64,000 bases of DNA. It comes from the human T2T-CHM13v2.0 reference genome, Homo sapiens. Positions 1 through 18,492 of this stretch are shown in pieces. Both the position numbers and the translations under genes were made by a program. How positions within the stretch are numbered: the stretch's first letter is position 1; the number at the start of each line of letters is the position of its first letter. The notes below the pieces were generated by a model that saw nothing but the letters and a program-made list of their open reading frames with translations, made no database searches and had not been told where the DNA came from. The stretch lies in the NCBI RefSeq assembly GCF_009914755.1, contig NC_060930.1; one strand, 5' to 3'.

Positions 1-303
1 GCTGGGGAAGAGGTGGGGATGATCAATGGGTACAAAAAAATAGAAAGAATAAATACCTATTAATTGAGAGCACAATAGGGTGACTATAGTCAATAACAAC
101 TTAATTATACATTTTAAAATAACTTACAGAGTGTAAATCGATTTTTTGTAACTCAAAGGACAAATGCTTGAGGGCATGGAGACCCCATTTTCTATAATGT
201 GATTATTTCACATTGCACACCTGTATCAAAACATCTCATGTACCTCACAGATATATACATCTACTATGTACCTATAAAAATTAAATATAATTTTTTTAAA
301 AAA
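1..303 (+). mobile_element. L1MA1/L1MA2-like LINE-1 3' end (runs off window start)
   Basis: L1MA 3' UTR: GGGTGACTATAGTCAATAA...CCTGTATCAAAACATCTCATGTACC...TACTATGTACC followed by an A-rich tail. Confidence 0.85.
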
Positions 304-1721
304 CATTACTACTAAAACTCAGGTTATACAATGGAATAGGGCAAAGGGCTGAGAGAAGAGACAGAGAGCAGTTAGCAGTTTGTTTTTATGTGTGTAAGAA
401 TTATGTGGACAATTTTCACTTTTCTGACCTTGAATCATAAGCCTCCAAGGAGTCCACCTACACATGGTTTCCTGATGAGGTCAGCATGAGCCCTACTCCA
501 GTACTTGCTACAGTTGTTTATCTAAGCAGGAGCAAGTAACAACTGGTACAGTTTCAACCTACAGTGAGTGGAATGAAAAATAGTTTGGCACAGACATCAA
601 AACTATGTTAACATCATCAAGCACTGAGGTAGGGGTGGGACAAGCTTTATCCTACTTTACTTTCTGGAAATTATCTTTCCTCTATTTACAATACATTATG
701 ATCCTCTGGATAGGTGCTGATAGATGTGTGAGAGTCTGTGTCATTGTATGTCATTATATACATATATCTTTATTTCATTTATTCCATCAGCAATATAAAC
801 TGATTAAAGATGGTTCTATATCTAATAGAATTAATACATTTTCAAAAACTAAAAGAAATATATTCTGCTTGAAATAATCCTATGTTGTTTAAAGATCTCT
901 GAATTGAGTCTGTATGTATAGATAACAAAAGGCCATAGTTGTATTTTTGAATTTTAACTTACCTACATTTCACTTTACCTTTAGCCCCCCATGATATCCT
1001 CTATCTAACACAGCAAGTGCCTTGGATTTACATCAATATCAGTGGCTTGTTTGCTTTTTTAATACTTAATAAAGATTTCTACTATTTGATCTGAAATTTG
1101 CCTATGAAAAGAGCATTGCACTTGGTAGATACATAGCAAAATGTTGCTATTCAAATGAATGATTAATATAAAGAGGACTGGCATCCTTAGTTGGTAATCT
1201 AGGGCCACATATGAGTGGGAACCTTGTAGCGCACTGCTAAGCCACAGACTCCTGCCATGCTGGGGTTGAAGGGGGAAAGAGCCTTACAAATCCCATCAGG
1301 GCCAACCTTCTCAGCATCCATAGATATGGATCTTTGCCAAAGAAGATAATCCCCTCTGCTCCCCACCACTACTGGTTTGATGGTATTAAGTCCTTCAATT
1401 TGAGACAGAAATTCTCCTCTCACCATTGGAGGGAGGTATAAAACCCAACTGAGACAGGAACATAAGACTATACTGATTTAACCACGTGATAAGTAAGAAT
1501 TAGTAAACAAAATCAGAACTTTTCATAAAGTCTTTTTAAGTTATGTTTTGGATGAGTAACATCTTCAGGGAAAGTAAGCATGAGGAATAAACCTAAAAGG
1601 ATGACAAAAAGGGAATTTCCAACTTGATGGGGGAAAGCATAATGAAGAAAGACTTAAATGAAAATAAATTTGTATTTATTGAAATCACTTGCTCACAACT
1701 GATCAAAAATGATAAAACCAA

Positions 1722-2296
<575 letters not shown>

Positions 2297-4820
2297 ACAG
2301 GAAGTTTTTATATGTGGTTCCTCCTCCTCCAATTCCCACTTCAAAGTGGAATAAAATTTAGTAACAGTTGTAAAAGATTGGGTTCAAGACAGAAACTGAG
2401 TTCAGTCTTAAAGATACTAAAGAAAGTAACATTTTACATGCCCGAATTTTGATACCTGAGAATACTCTCCCAGCTTGTGGTCTTGATGGGGTACTTTATT
2501 TGAATTCAATGGATAGGTCAACCTGGAACTTTGGTTTGTAATCTGCTGCAACTCTGCTGACCAGTTGACTTCAGCAAAGGAAATCAATGATCCTAACCAA
2601 ATCTCATGTGGCTTAGAGGGGCCAACCAAATACATTCCCTCAACTAGAGGAACTATCTAGTTAGATTTTGCATTTGATGTTAACCATGTTAGATTGCCAC
2701 TAATGAAGACCAACTGAACATTTTTTATTGTTTTTATTATTATTGAACGGCAAGCTAGACAGTGGCTCCCTCAGGTAACAGTTACTGAGCTTCCACTGTT
2801 GGCCAGGCACTGTTATAGGTGCCGGAGAGTCCACAGGACCATGATGAACAAGGTCATTGCTTACACAGGACTTTTGCTCTAAAAAGAAAGAGTGACTCAT
2901 TAAAAAGAAAGAAAATAATGGAGAAAATACCAGAATTAAACAGGGTGATGTGAAGGGATGTGGGGCTAGAACATCCTTTGTATGTTCAAAGATGGCCCTT
3001 TAATTAAATGACTTTTAATACACATCAAATGAAAAGATTATCAAACATTCAAGATGATTTTTTAAGTCCCAAATATATTCATAAAGTTTATTTGTAAGAC
3101 AACCACTTATTCTGGGTAATAACTATTCAAGCCAGTTTGGCTATAAGGACATAACAGGTAGGTAGTTACTCCTTGAAATAGCCTATGGTATACAGCTGCC
3201 TGTCAAGATGATTTAGAAATTCCGAACTTGCTTCTTTTATTCTCCCAAGATCATTTATTATTAATTGCACATTCATGAGTTTTAAAGAGAGAAACAATAT
3301 TAATTGGGCTTTGTGGGGGACCTTGTAAAATTGTGCAAGAGCCAGAGAGGCTGATGAAAGGAAAAGATTAATACCCATGTAGTGCCAGGAGGGTGACTAA
3401 TGCGATTACTTCCTTATGAGGCTGTAGCTCTCAAACTCTCGATTCCAATTTTAACAGAACAAAGTATATTTGAAGCTCATGCACTGACTTTTTGCCCAAA
3501 AATATTTGAAAATTATTTTTGCTGCAATTAGAAACTTTATTCCAGAGATAAGAAGAGTTTTCCTATCCAGAATTAGATAATTATCATATTTGTGAACAAA
3601 TTGGCTTTAGCCACAGTGAATAATACAAGTAGGTACAAGCACCAAAAATGTTACCACCGAATAGTTTTCTTTAGTATGGAAATGCTAGTCAATCTAAAGT
3701 ATAACAGCATAAGGAATTTATTTATTATGGCCATTTCTTCATATAACATCACGGTTATGAGTGGTCTTTTTACGATATTTATTATACATTTTTAATTTGG
3801 ATTCAATGTATCTGCATTGGATTTTTTTTCTTTCTAAACACAAATCTCTATCTATACTTACGTAATAATGACAATGCATTCTTTAATTAATTGTAACATT
3901 CTCAGTGTGGCCCTTATTATTGTTTTTCTTAAATACAGCAGCAATTACAACAACTTCACTCTACTAAGTGTTTAATTTTTAATTGAAGATGCACAAAAAT
4001 TAGCCATGTCTTTCAGCTCGTCCTAAGAGAAGTCACCTGTCAACCTTCAATACAGTCAGAAGGATTCCAGGAGCAAAATGAAGAAAACTGAAAGCAGTGT
4101 TTCACTTATAAGACTAAGAGAATTTAAAAGACCCTTTTTAATGAATAAAATAAGCATTTTTATCTATGTTATCTATTTTATCTACTTTATCTAAGCATGT
4201 TATCTATAGTCATATAACTAACCACCCTAAAACTTAAATTTATTATCTCTCATATTTCTGTGAATTAGCTGAGCACAGCTTAGTGGTTCTTGCTTGGGGT
4301 CTCTAAGGCACCTGCAGTCAAAGTTGGACTGAGTGGCCACAGTGGCTCACTCTCATGGCTGGCAGACGATGCTGGCTCTTAGCTGCGAGCTTAGGTAGCT
4401 TGTCCATGTGACTTGGGCTTCTCACATCATGGCAGCTGAGTTTCAAAAGCAAGTGTTCCAAGACACTAAAAGAAGAAATGTACTAGTTTTCCATTACCAT
4501 GTAACAAATTACCACAAACTTGGTGGCATAAAACAATGCCCATTTATTATCTCACAGTTTCTGTAGGTCAAAAGCCTGGGCATGGTTTAGCTGGATCTTC
4601 TGCTCAGGATCTCACAAGGCCTGATCAAGGTGTCAACCATGGTTACGATCTCAACGGAGTCTTAAGATTCTTTTTCAAGCTCACTTGGGTTGTTGGCAGA
4701 ATTCATTTCTGGCAGTTATAGAACTCAAGGCAACTGCTTTCTTTGAGACAAACAGGGGAATGTCTCTGAGCTCAGGAAAGACATAAGCTTTTCTTTTTGT
4801 TTAAAAAAAAAAGAACAGCT

Positions 4821-5131
<311 letters not shown>

Positions 5132-5274
5132 GGACAGCTTTATTGAAATATAACTTGCTCATTTAAGGTATGAAATTCAATAGTTTTTAGCAGAATTGTG
5201 CAACCATCATTGCTTTCTAACTTTAGGATGCTTTTGTCATCCCAGAAAGAAACCCTGTGCCCATTAGAAGTTAC

Positions 5275-5575
5275 TTTTTTTTTTTTTTTGAGATGGTGTC
5301 TCGCTCTGTCACCCAGTCTGGAGTGCAGTGGCATGGTCCCGACTCACTGTAACCTCTGCCTCCTGCATTCAAGTGATTCTCCAGCCTCAGCCTCCCGAGT
5401 ACCTGAGACTACAGGCACACACCACTGTGTCCAGCTAGCTAATTTTTGTATTTTTAGTAGAGACCAGGTTTCACCATACTGGCCAGGCTGGTCTTGATCT
5501 CCTGACCTCAGGTGATCTGCCTGTTTCGGCCTCCCAAAGTGCTGGGATTACAGACATAAGCCACCGCACCTGGCC
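5275..5575 (-). mobile_element. AluSx-like
   Basis: Poly-T followed by a full Alu; TSD AGAAGTTACTTT / AGCAGTTACTTT. Confidence 0.95.
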
Positions 5576-7148
5576 AAGCAGTTACTTTCAATTCCACCAC
5601 TGCCCCTAGCCCTAGGCAACCAGTAATCGTTTTTATCTCTATAAATTTTTTCCTGTTTAGTTATATTAGTGGAATCATTCACATTCACAAAAGACTTAGT
5701 GACTGATTCATAATCATGAGTCACTAAGTCTTTTGTGACTTAGCAAATGTTTTCAAGATATAATGTTGTATCATGTATTTGTACTTTATACTCTTTTATA
5801 GCTGAGTAATATTTTTATGGATATACCACATTTTATTTATCTATCAATGTTGATAGACATTTAGATTATTTTTATTTGGGGATTATTGTGAATAATGCTA
5901 CTATAAACATTCATGCAGAAGTTTTTGTGTGCACATATGCTTGTATTTCACTTGGTTTTATACCTAGGAGTGAAATTGCTAGATTATATGATAACTCTAT
6001 GTTGAACAATTTGAGGGACTGCTAAACTACTTTCCAAAGCAGCCACACGATTTTCCATTCTCACCAGCAATGTATGAAGATTTCTATTACTCCTCAACCT
6101 TTTCAACACTTGTTATTATCTGTTTTTTTTTATTACTACAACCATCCTATTGGGTGTGTAGTATCTCATTGTGGTTTTGATGTGCATGTCCCTAATGACT
6201 AATGATTTGAAGGTATCTTTTTATGTGCTTATTAGCCACTTGTATACCTTCTTTGGGAAAATATCTATTCAAATCCTTTATTCATTTTTAAAATTGAGTT
6301 ATTGTTATTTCAATTCCTGAGTTTCCACAGGTTTTTTAAAAATATATTATGAATACATTTCTTGCTAGATATATGATTTGCAAATATTTTCCCAATTTAA
6401 TTGGTTGACTTTTCACTTTCTAGATTATATCCTTAGAATTATTACAATTTTAATTTTGGTGAAGTACAATTTATCTTTTTTGGTCTTTTGCTACTTTGCT
6501 TTTGATGTTGTATCTAAGAAATTATTGCCTGCCCCAAGTTCATGATGTTTACTGTATGTTTCCTAAGCGTTTTATAGTTTTAGCCATTGCATTTAGGTCT
6601 AAAATCCACTTTGTGTTTATCTCTGTGTATGGTGTGAGGAAGGGGTCCAACTTCATTCTTTGGATATCCAGTTGTTCCAGCACTATTTGTTGCAAAGACC
6701 TAGCCCTCTTTAAAAGGACCACCTGACTAGTTCTAACCTAATCAAGATAAAGTCCCTTTCATTAATTCAAAGCCAACTTACTAGAGATCTTAATTACATC
6801 CAGAAATGCCTTGGCCATTGCCATATAAGGTAGCATAATTCCTGAAGTGACATATGTCATAGTCATAGGTCTCATCCCAAATCAAGAGAAGTCTACAGAA
6901 TGAGGCATGCACTCTATGAGGTAAAATTTTGGAGGACAACTTAGAATTCCCACTACCATGGATAACTACCAGTGTCTTCAGGCCTGGACTTGAAAACTGA
7001 CAGAACATCATTGCCATCATATTCTATCCACTAAGCAGTTATAGGGCCTACCAAAATGCAAAGGAGGAGTAATAGGGTTCACCTTTTCATGAAAGGAGTT
7101 CCTAAGAACACCTGCCTGTCTTTAATCTGCCACAACCTGTTATCATAA

Positions 7149-7484
<336 letters not shown>

Positions 7485-8209
7485 TAGACATGGTTGTTTA
7501 TTAAAATATTTAAATTCTAGTTTTCTTTCTTCTATTTTAAGATTCTTAAATACTCTGAAAATCAAGAAGACAATTTGTTGTAAAGAAAAGTCTGAAACAA
7601 TATAATAACTACCTATGTTTATATACTGAAAAGAAATTAGAAACCCAATTCTTACAGGAATCTGGCCTCTTCCTCTGTTGATTTGTGCTTAGCATATGCC
7701 CAGGTGAATCACCTTAGCTGTTTCACACAGTGCATTTCTTCTTTGTGAGCAACAGGTGACCTATGAATGACCTTAGAAAGATGATTCAACTCATATACAG
7801 AAGCAGTTTTCTCAGAAGTAAGAGGTCCAAAATGACTTGATTAGAACTGAAAGAGAAGGCCTCATATTAATGTTAGTGCTACCAACAACTCTACCCCAAC
7901 AAATTACTGTTTACTCCCCCCTCCAGCTTAATTCTAACAAGGTAGAATAAAGACACCAAATGGCACTGACTAATCTATGCCAATTTTTGTTAAAGTGTAC
8001 AGGAAATGAAGACCTATACCAATATGCAAATTTCACAGGTATAAGCAACCTATAGTGGTTAAGACATTACACAAAGCTTGTCCTCATGCAAGAGGATGGG
8101 CAAAGTTTTTTTTTATTTTATTTTAAATAAAGTACTTCATCCCTGCACAAGTGAATAGGCCTATCTTACATACATAAGAAACATACTCCAGAAATATATG
8201 AAAACCAAC

Positions 8210-8296
8210 TGTCTCTCTGTCTCTGTCTCTCTCTGTCTCCCTCCCCCTCTCTCTCACCAGCCTCTCTATCTCTCTGTCTCTTTTTCTGTCTTTCTC
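8210..8296. repeat. (TC)n / CT-rich low-complexity tract
   Basis: TGTCTCTCTGTCTCTGTCTCTCTC... Confidence 0.85.
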
Positions 8297-8683
8297 CCAG
8301 AAGATAACTGAAATGGAAATCTGAGGGAGGTTGATAGAATACTATATGAAGGAACAATCAGGATATTAAAATAGGTGTAGACTTTCTTGGAAAAAAATGT
8401 ACAATTACTGTATTAGCCTAAGCTGAAATAATTATGTGTCTTTTTTTCATGATCACAAGGCAGAAAAAAAAAAACACAAAACAAAACAAAAAACTAGAAC
8501 TCAAAATAAAATATCTAGCTTGGTACCAGAGCAGTTTCTAAAACTTATCCTGATTAGTAGGCTAAACAAAAAATCCTCATGTCTGAGCTTGTATCTTCAT
8601 TTTCTAAGTGGTGATAATTGTATCTAACCTACCTATCTCAAAGAGGTATATTATAAGAATCCAGTAAAATATGTTCATATGTC

Positions 8684-12500
<3,817 letters not shown>

Positions 12501-12908
12501 TTATTATCCAAATATTGTGCCTAGAATCATGTGTCTCTCGGCCTAACACGTCAGGGGCCTAAGTTGGCATCTTCTGCCTTTCTCAAGTTCGGCTTCTTAA
12601 ATTTTTATACTAAGAGCAACACGGGGTCAGATACTGTGTGATACTGTTGTTTCTCAGAGAAAAGTGAGACTCCCTTTTTTTGTCACATATTCAGAGTAAT
12701 TCCACAGTGTTTTTTTGTAGAAAAAAATTATTATAGTTTTTAATCCATTCCCAGTTTGTGAGCTATTTAGCTGAAGAAAAAAAAAAACTATTATTCCCCT
12801 TTGCAGCAATAAGGAGTCACAGGATGAAAACTCAGAAAAATTAAAGCATCAATAGCTGCTGCTTAGCACTCAACAGTTATTGAAAAATCCTTTTCATATA
12901 CTTTCTCT

Positions 12909-13206
12909 GTTTTTTGTTTTTGTTTTGAGACAGGGTTTCACTCTGTTGCCCAGGTTGGAGTGCAGCTACAAGAACCCGGTTCACTGCAGTCTTGACCTCC
13001 TAGGCTCAAGCAATCCTCCCACCTCACGCTCCCAAGTAGCTGGGACTGCAGATGTATGCCACTGCGCTCAGCTAATTTTTAAAATTTTAGAGGTGGGATC
13101 TCACTATGTTGCCCAGGCTCGTCTCAAACTACCAGCCTCAAACAATCCTCCCACCTCAGCCTTCCAAAATGCTGGGATTACAGGTGTGAGCCACTGCACT
13201 CAGCCT
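12909..13206 (-). mobile_element. AluJ, inserted in a MIR
   Basis: GCTCAAGCAATCCTCCCACCTC and TCACTATGTTGCCCAGGCT are J-type. Confidence 0.92.
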
Positions 13207-14752
13207 TGCATTGCCTTTCTTAATGCTACCAAGAACCTTAGAAGATGGAGACATAGAAATCATCGTCTCCATTTTGCATATCAGAAACTGAAGCTCAATG
13301 AAGTTACATAATTTGGCCAAAGTTACTCAAGTAGCAGTTAGTAGACTGATTGTTTTAATCTTTACACCAGCAGCAAAAATCTGAATATTCCTTTCCATAT
13401 ACATATTTCTTTATAAATTGTACATACATTAATATTATTAATTAACATTATTAATATGTTGAATATGTTATAAAACATACTATCAAAATGGGAATTTTAA
13501 AGGGTGAGATAAACATAAAATAACCATTATTTTTTGTTACATATTCTTTATCAATGAAATAAAAGTTTTTTCACACACAAAAAGTAGTATTCATGACATT
13601 TTTAGTACAAAAAGTATGACTCAATATGCTCTATTTTTTTGAAGAATTTTATTTAATACCTGTGATTTAGCAATATGAAATTCTGGTTCTAAATTCAGTT
13701 TCTTTTGATACTTGATTTTATGGCCAGATAAATGGAAAAGCCACTCAACATTAACATATAAATATAAATAGAAGAAGTACATTGTTGATCATACTGATTA
13801 AATTGTGGAAATTATTTTCAAGTTCATCTAGTAATTATGCAATGTTTTCTCTTAAAATTCTGTTAAAAATTTCCTTCTTATCTGACCTCTGCTAATTATT
13901 CTTGCCAACTAATCAGAAGATATTAAGGTACAGCAATTTTACATTATTAACAAATAAGCTCAGACTTCCAGTTTTAGCTCTGGCAGATAAAGAGCTTGGA
14001 AGTCATTACTCTCATTTTCTCAACAAGATAAAGTTGAACCAACTGACAAATCAATGACTTTTCTTGTACCCATGAGGTAGCAGGGCAAACCACAACCCAG
14101 AAATCTCAGCTGAGATCTGCTTATCTGGACAGGAACTACTGGAGCCTTAAACTAGAAGAAACACATAAATAGTAATTTTGATGACTTAGAGGAGACAAAA
14201 CATGTACTAGCTTTTGATTGAGAAAATCCTGGCAGTTGCAGTCTTAGGAGGGCCTCCTCACTTTTACATTTAGAAACCCCAACAAGCCTTCATGGTGAAG
14301 AGACAAGAAAAATCCCCTCATGGTTCTGGTAGGGACAATCATAGTAAAACACCGTCAGAGCATTCTCCATGACAAAAGCCTACTCTCCAGTTGGTGGGGG
14401 AAAGACTTGACCAGAGCTTTAAAAACCACCTGGAGGAAGGACATTGTCTGACTTCCTGTCTTAGCTTAGAAGAGAACAAAACTATGGAACCTTTGCAAAG
14501 GTCAAAGCCCCAGAACTCAGGCCTGCTGAAAACAGAGATTTTATTAGTAGATTACAGAACACTTCCCTTGCCCTACCTTACCACCACACCAGCAAGACTC
14601 CACTAGAATAACAGTGACTTATAGCTGAAAGAGCACATTGCTATCTATGTGTTTCTGCTAGTTTAAGCCTCCAGTAGTTCCTGTCCAGACAAGCAGATCT
14701 CAGCCGAGATTTCTGGTCTTAGTCCAGATTCCATATGTTAGTCCATATTCCA

Positions 14753-15115
14753 TGTCTTAGTCCATTCATGCTGCTATAACAAAATCTATAGACTGGGTGG
14801 TTTAAACATCAAACATTTATTTCTCACAGTTCTGGAAAGTGAGAAGTCCAAGATCAAGGAGCCAGCACATTTGCTGTCTGGTGAGGACCCAGTTCCTATT
14901 TCATGGATGGTGTTTTCTTGCTGTGTCCTCACATGGAAGAAGGGGCAAACAAGCTCCCTTGGGCCTCTTTAATAAGGCACTAGTCCCAATCATAAGGGTT
15001 CTACCCTCTTGACCTAGTCATCTTTCAAAGGCCCCCCCCTTCCTAATACCATCATATTGGGGGTTATGATTTCAACATATGAATTTGTGGGACCACAAAC
15101 ATTCAGACCATAGCA
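14753..15115 (-). mobile_element. MLT1A/MLT1A0 LTR
   Basis: TGTCTTAGTCCATTCATGCTGCTATAACAAA...GAAGTCCAAGATCAAGG...TTTCAACATATGAATTT...ACATTCAGACCATAGCA. Confidence 0.88.
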
Positions 15116-15246
15116 CACAAACTCTATCTGAGGAGTATTTCTTAGGGAATCATGAAGCAGTAAAAACATAGACACTAGAGGAATTTGAGACCACTACCAC
15201 CTATAGCTATAGCAAACGTTAAGTTGGGCCCAACTCCTAGCCAGAT

Positions 15247-15858
15247 TGAAGCTGCTATGTTGCCTGGGGTATATACCCTGGGGTTCGTCATCACGCACCA
15301 GGAAAATTTAGGACATGGACACACAGGAGGAGTTTAGGAGTGGAGGTTTAATAGGCAGAAGAAAAGAGAAAGAGAAATGGGTCTCTTCATAGAGAGAGGG
15401 GTCTCCAAGTGGAAAGGACTGGCTAGCAGTGAATGGGCCAGATTTTATAGTCAGGTTTGAGGAGTCGGTGTCTGAATTACATAGGACTCACAGATTGGTT
15501 CAATCAGGTATGACCTTTACGTAGTGCACAGGGAAGGCTGGTCTCCTCACCCTAATCTTATTATGCAAATGAGCTTTCCAGTTAATCGGTGCCATCTTGT
15601 CTGCTCCTTACTGTACATGTGGCTGGCAAAGAAGGTAAGAAGGAGCCGCCCTCTTGAACACGTCTAGTCCCTCGTTCCTGCCGGTATTCACACTTGCAAG
15701 CTTCCAGCTTGCTTATCTATGTCTGCAGCTTGACTTTACAGTCATGTTCTTTGTTAGAAAATGATTTGGGGCTGCTTTTCATTAAAAAGAAAAGACTTAC
15801 CCAGGACTTCTGTACCCTCACTATCTGCCTAAGTGATTTCTTCATAACTCCCATATCA
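15247..15858 (-). mobile_element. Solo ERV1 LTR, LTR9 (LTR9/MER61 group)
   Basis: 612 bp with TG...CA ends and a 4-bp TSD AGAT on both sides; the minus strand starts TGATATGGGAGTTATGAAGAAATCACTTAGGCAGATAGTGAGGGTAC. Confidence 0.85.
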
Positions 15859-16626
15859 AGATTACCATAAATCTTCACACGAAAGGCCTAATTACCTCAG
15901 TTCCTATTACCTTATATGTCATGCCTTGATTTCAACAACAAAAACAAATAGAAGACATGCTAAAAAGCAAATTAAAAAAAAATCTCAGATATGACATAGA
16001 TTTTGGAATTATTAAGCAGAGAATTTTAAAATGCTACAATTAATATGTTAAGAGATGTAGTAAAAAAAAGTAAACAACACACAAGAACGGATGAGTAATG
16101 TGGGCAGAAAGATGAAAATTCTAAGAAAAATCAAATATATTCAAACCCACATAACAGAATCTGTTCTAATTGAGAAAACATTAAAAAAACACACAATCAA
16201 ATAAGTAATGGCACCACCCTCAGCCTCTCTTTGATAGGGAGCTACTTCTCTTGTTCTAAGATTTCCTCTCATATGTAGCAAGGGACACTCTCACATATCA
16301 ACCTAATGAATAAACCAGTATCAATCTATTAAATGTATATGCACCCCACTTTGGCAACAACTGCACTATAACCTAATAGCCAAGTCCCCATCTACATTGG
16401 GCAATTGATCTATGAAAGAAGAGCTAATTTATGTTCTAATTCAATTTTCCATTGAGACCCTTGGTTGAACTATGTCCTCCAATGATTGCATTTTTTTTAT
16501 ATAGTGAGAAATAATACTTTCCACTTAACCTGCCAGATGCCCTGAATTCATATCGAGAATCAAAAACTAGTCACAGTAAACCAGTATTTAAAAGGAGATA
16601 AATCGGCTTCATTAAGAGTCAGTTCA

Positions 16627-16945
<319 letters not shown>

Positions 16946-17065
16946 TCAATTCACCATTCACTTAATTTGGAAATAGAGTTGTCTCCAGTTAACATTTATC
17001 CGTTATTTTAACCGATGTTAGCAGGAATGAAGGAGTCTTGGTTTTGACACTTTCTCTAGTTAATT

Positions 17066-17404
17066 GTGACAGTTCTATTCATCCAATATTCACCTTCCCC
17101 CCTTCACTTCCCAGCCCTCTTTAAATAAGGCAGAGCCACCTAACTAGCTCTGGCCAATGGGGTGTGAGCAGAAGTGACAGAAAGGTATGAGCTCTTCATG
17201 TACAGTCTGTTCCTTATGGTGGAACCTGTGTCAGCAGTATCCTTAAGCTTCCATGAGTAGGAGAGCCTCATACCACCTCCCTTTATACATGCAACTATAC
17301 TGGATATGTAGCATAAGCAAGAAAAACACTTGTTTGATTAAGTCAACAAGATTTCCAAGTTCATTTATTATCTTAGTATAACTTGGCCAATCCTGAATGA
17401 TACA
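17066..17404 (+). mobile_element. MLT1J-like MaLR LTR
   Basis: CACTTCCCAGCC...CTCTGGCCAATGGGGTGTGAGCAGAAGTGAC...CCTGAATGATACA. Confidence 0.65.
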
Positions 17405-18492
17405 GTAATCCTGAGGCAATTATGGTTCTTGTTTTCCTTTTCTGTAATAAGAAGGAAACTACAAATGCACTCTATCTGCTCCATGAGTTGTCACACAGAA
17501 TGAGTTATAGGTTAATTAGTGGGTAAATCCGTTACACATGGATTGGAAAATGCACCCTAGCACTATGTAGGTGAACATTATAGTTCCTATAGACTCTATC
17601 TTTCAGAAAAACGGGATACATTTTTAGTGTAAGGATACAGATGGCCTATAATTGTCTCAATATTGGTCTAGGTCCTTCTAATCAGAATAATAAATTCTAA
17701 CCTCATTTGATTTACCTCAAAGTGTTTTTGCAAATAAAGGCCTTCTATTTGGAGTTTATTTATTCTCCCTTCCTCCATGTGTACATCCATGCACATTGGC
17801 TTCTCCATGACCTGTATAACTATAAATGAATAATTAAATGAATAATAAACAATGCATTGATCATAAATATTTATTTCTTAAAACAATAAAACAATTTTGA
17901 CATATCAAGACTCTGGAATGTGTTATTCTCCAATTATGGATGTGTTGGCCCTTTGCAGAAAAAGATAACTATGTGGAGAGAGATGGGAAAGTCAGCGTAG
18001 AATGGGCTCAGGCAGAACCTACCTACATATTTCTTCAGCTCTAAAACTCTGAATATTACATAAAATGTTCATGAATAATTGAAAACTAAAAGCAGAAAAT
18101 GTATTGTTGAGTGACATTTTAAATGACTCACAAGTTAGTTATTTAAGTTAAAAGATAAAAAATACAATACTGGAAGCAATGTTTTGTGTTATCAGTATGA
18201 TTCATTAATTTAAAAATAAGCCAATGTTCAAAAAAGAAAGCAAATCAATTTCATTTTTTCTACGTGTACAGCCTAATGACTTATAAAAACAAAAGTGATA
18301 ATGTGGCCTACATATTGTGTTAGAAATATTAATAATCCAACTGTTGAAAGTGATATAAATTTGCTCAATTCTCCTACTTTAAGTAAAAGACATTACAACA
18401 CAGCATGTTGAAATCTAACTAAATGATAGTATTGAAATACTGTGTTGTATGTTTTACAGCTGAACCATTGTGTCTAACACTCAGAGGTCTTT

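Larger units (their letters stand above)
13963..16160 (+). mobile_element. Old L1M (L1MC/MD-type) 5' region, interrupted by MLT1A and LTR9
   Basis: AGACTTCCAGTTTTAGCTCTG...GAGCTTGGAAGTC start; ORF1-proximal TCAGATATGACATAGATTTTGGAATTA...AATTAATATGTTAAG. Confidence 0.6.

Noticed and set aside
1199-1426. 75-aa minus-strand ORF in unique sequence
   Set aside because: No recognisable homology or clear splice context, and the length is within chance expectation.
15656-15671. p53-like site in LTR9 (GAACACGTCT)
   Set aside because: The CWWG core is broken and there is no proper second half-site.
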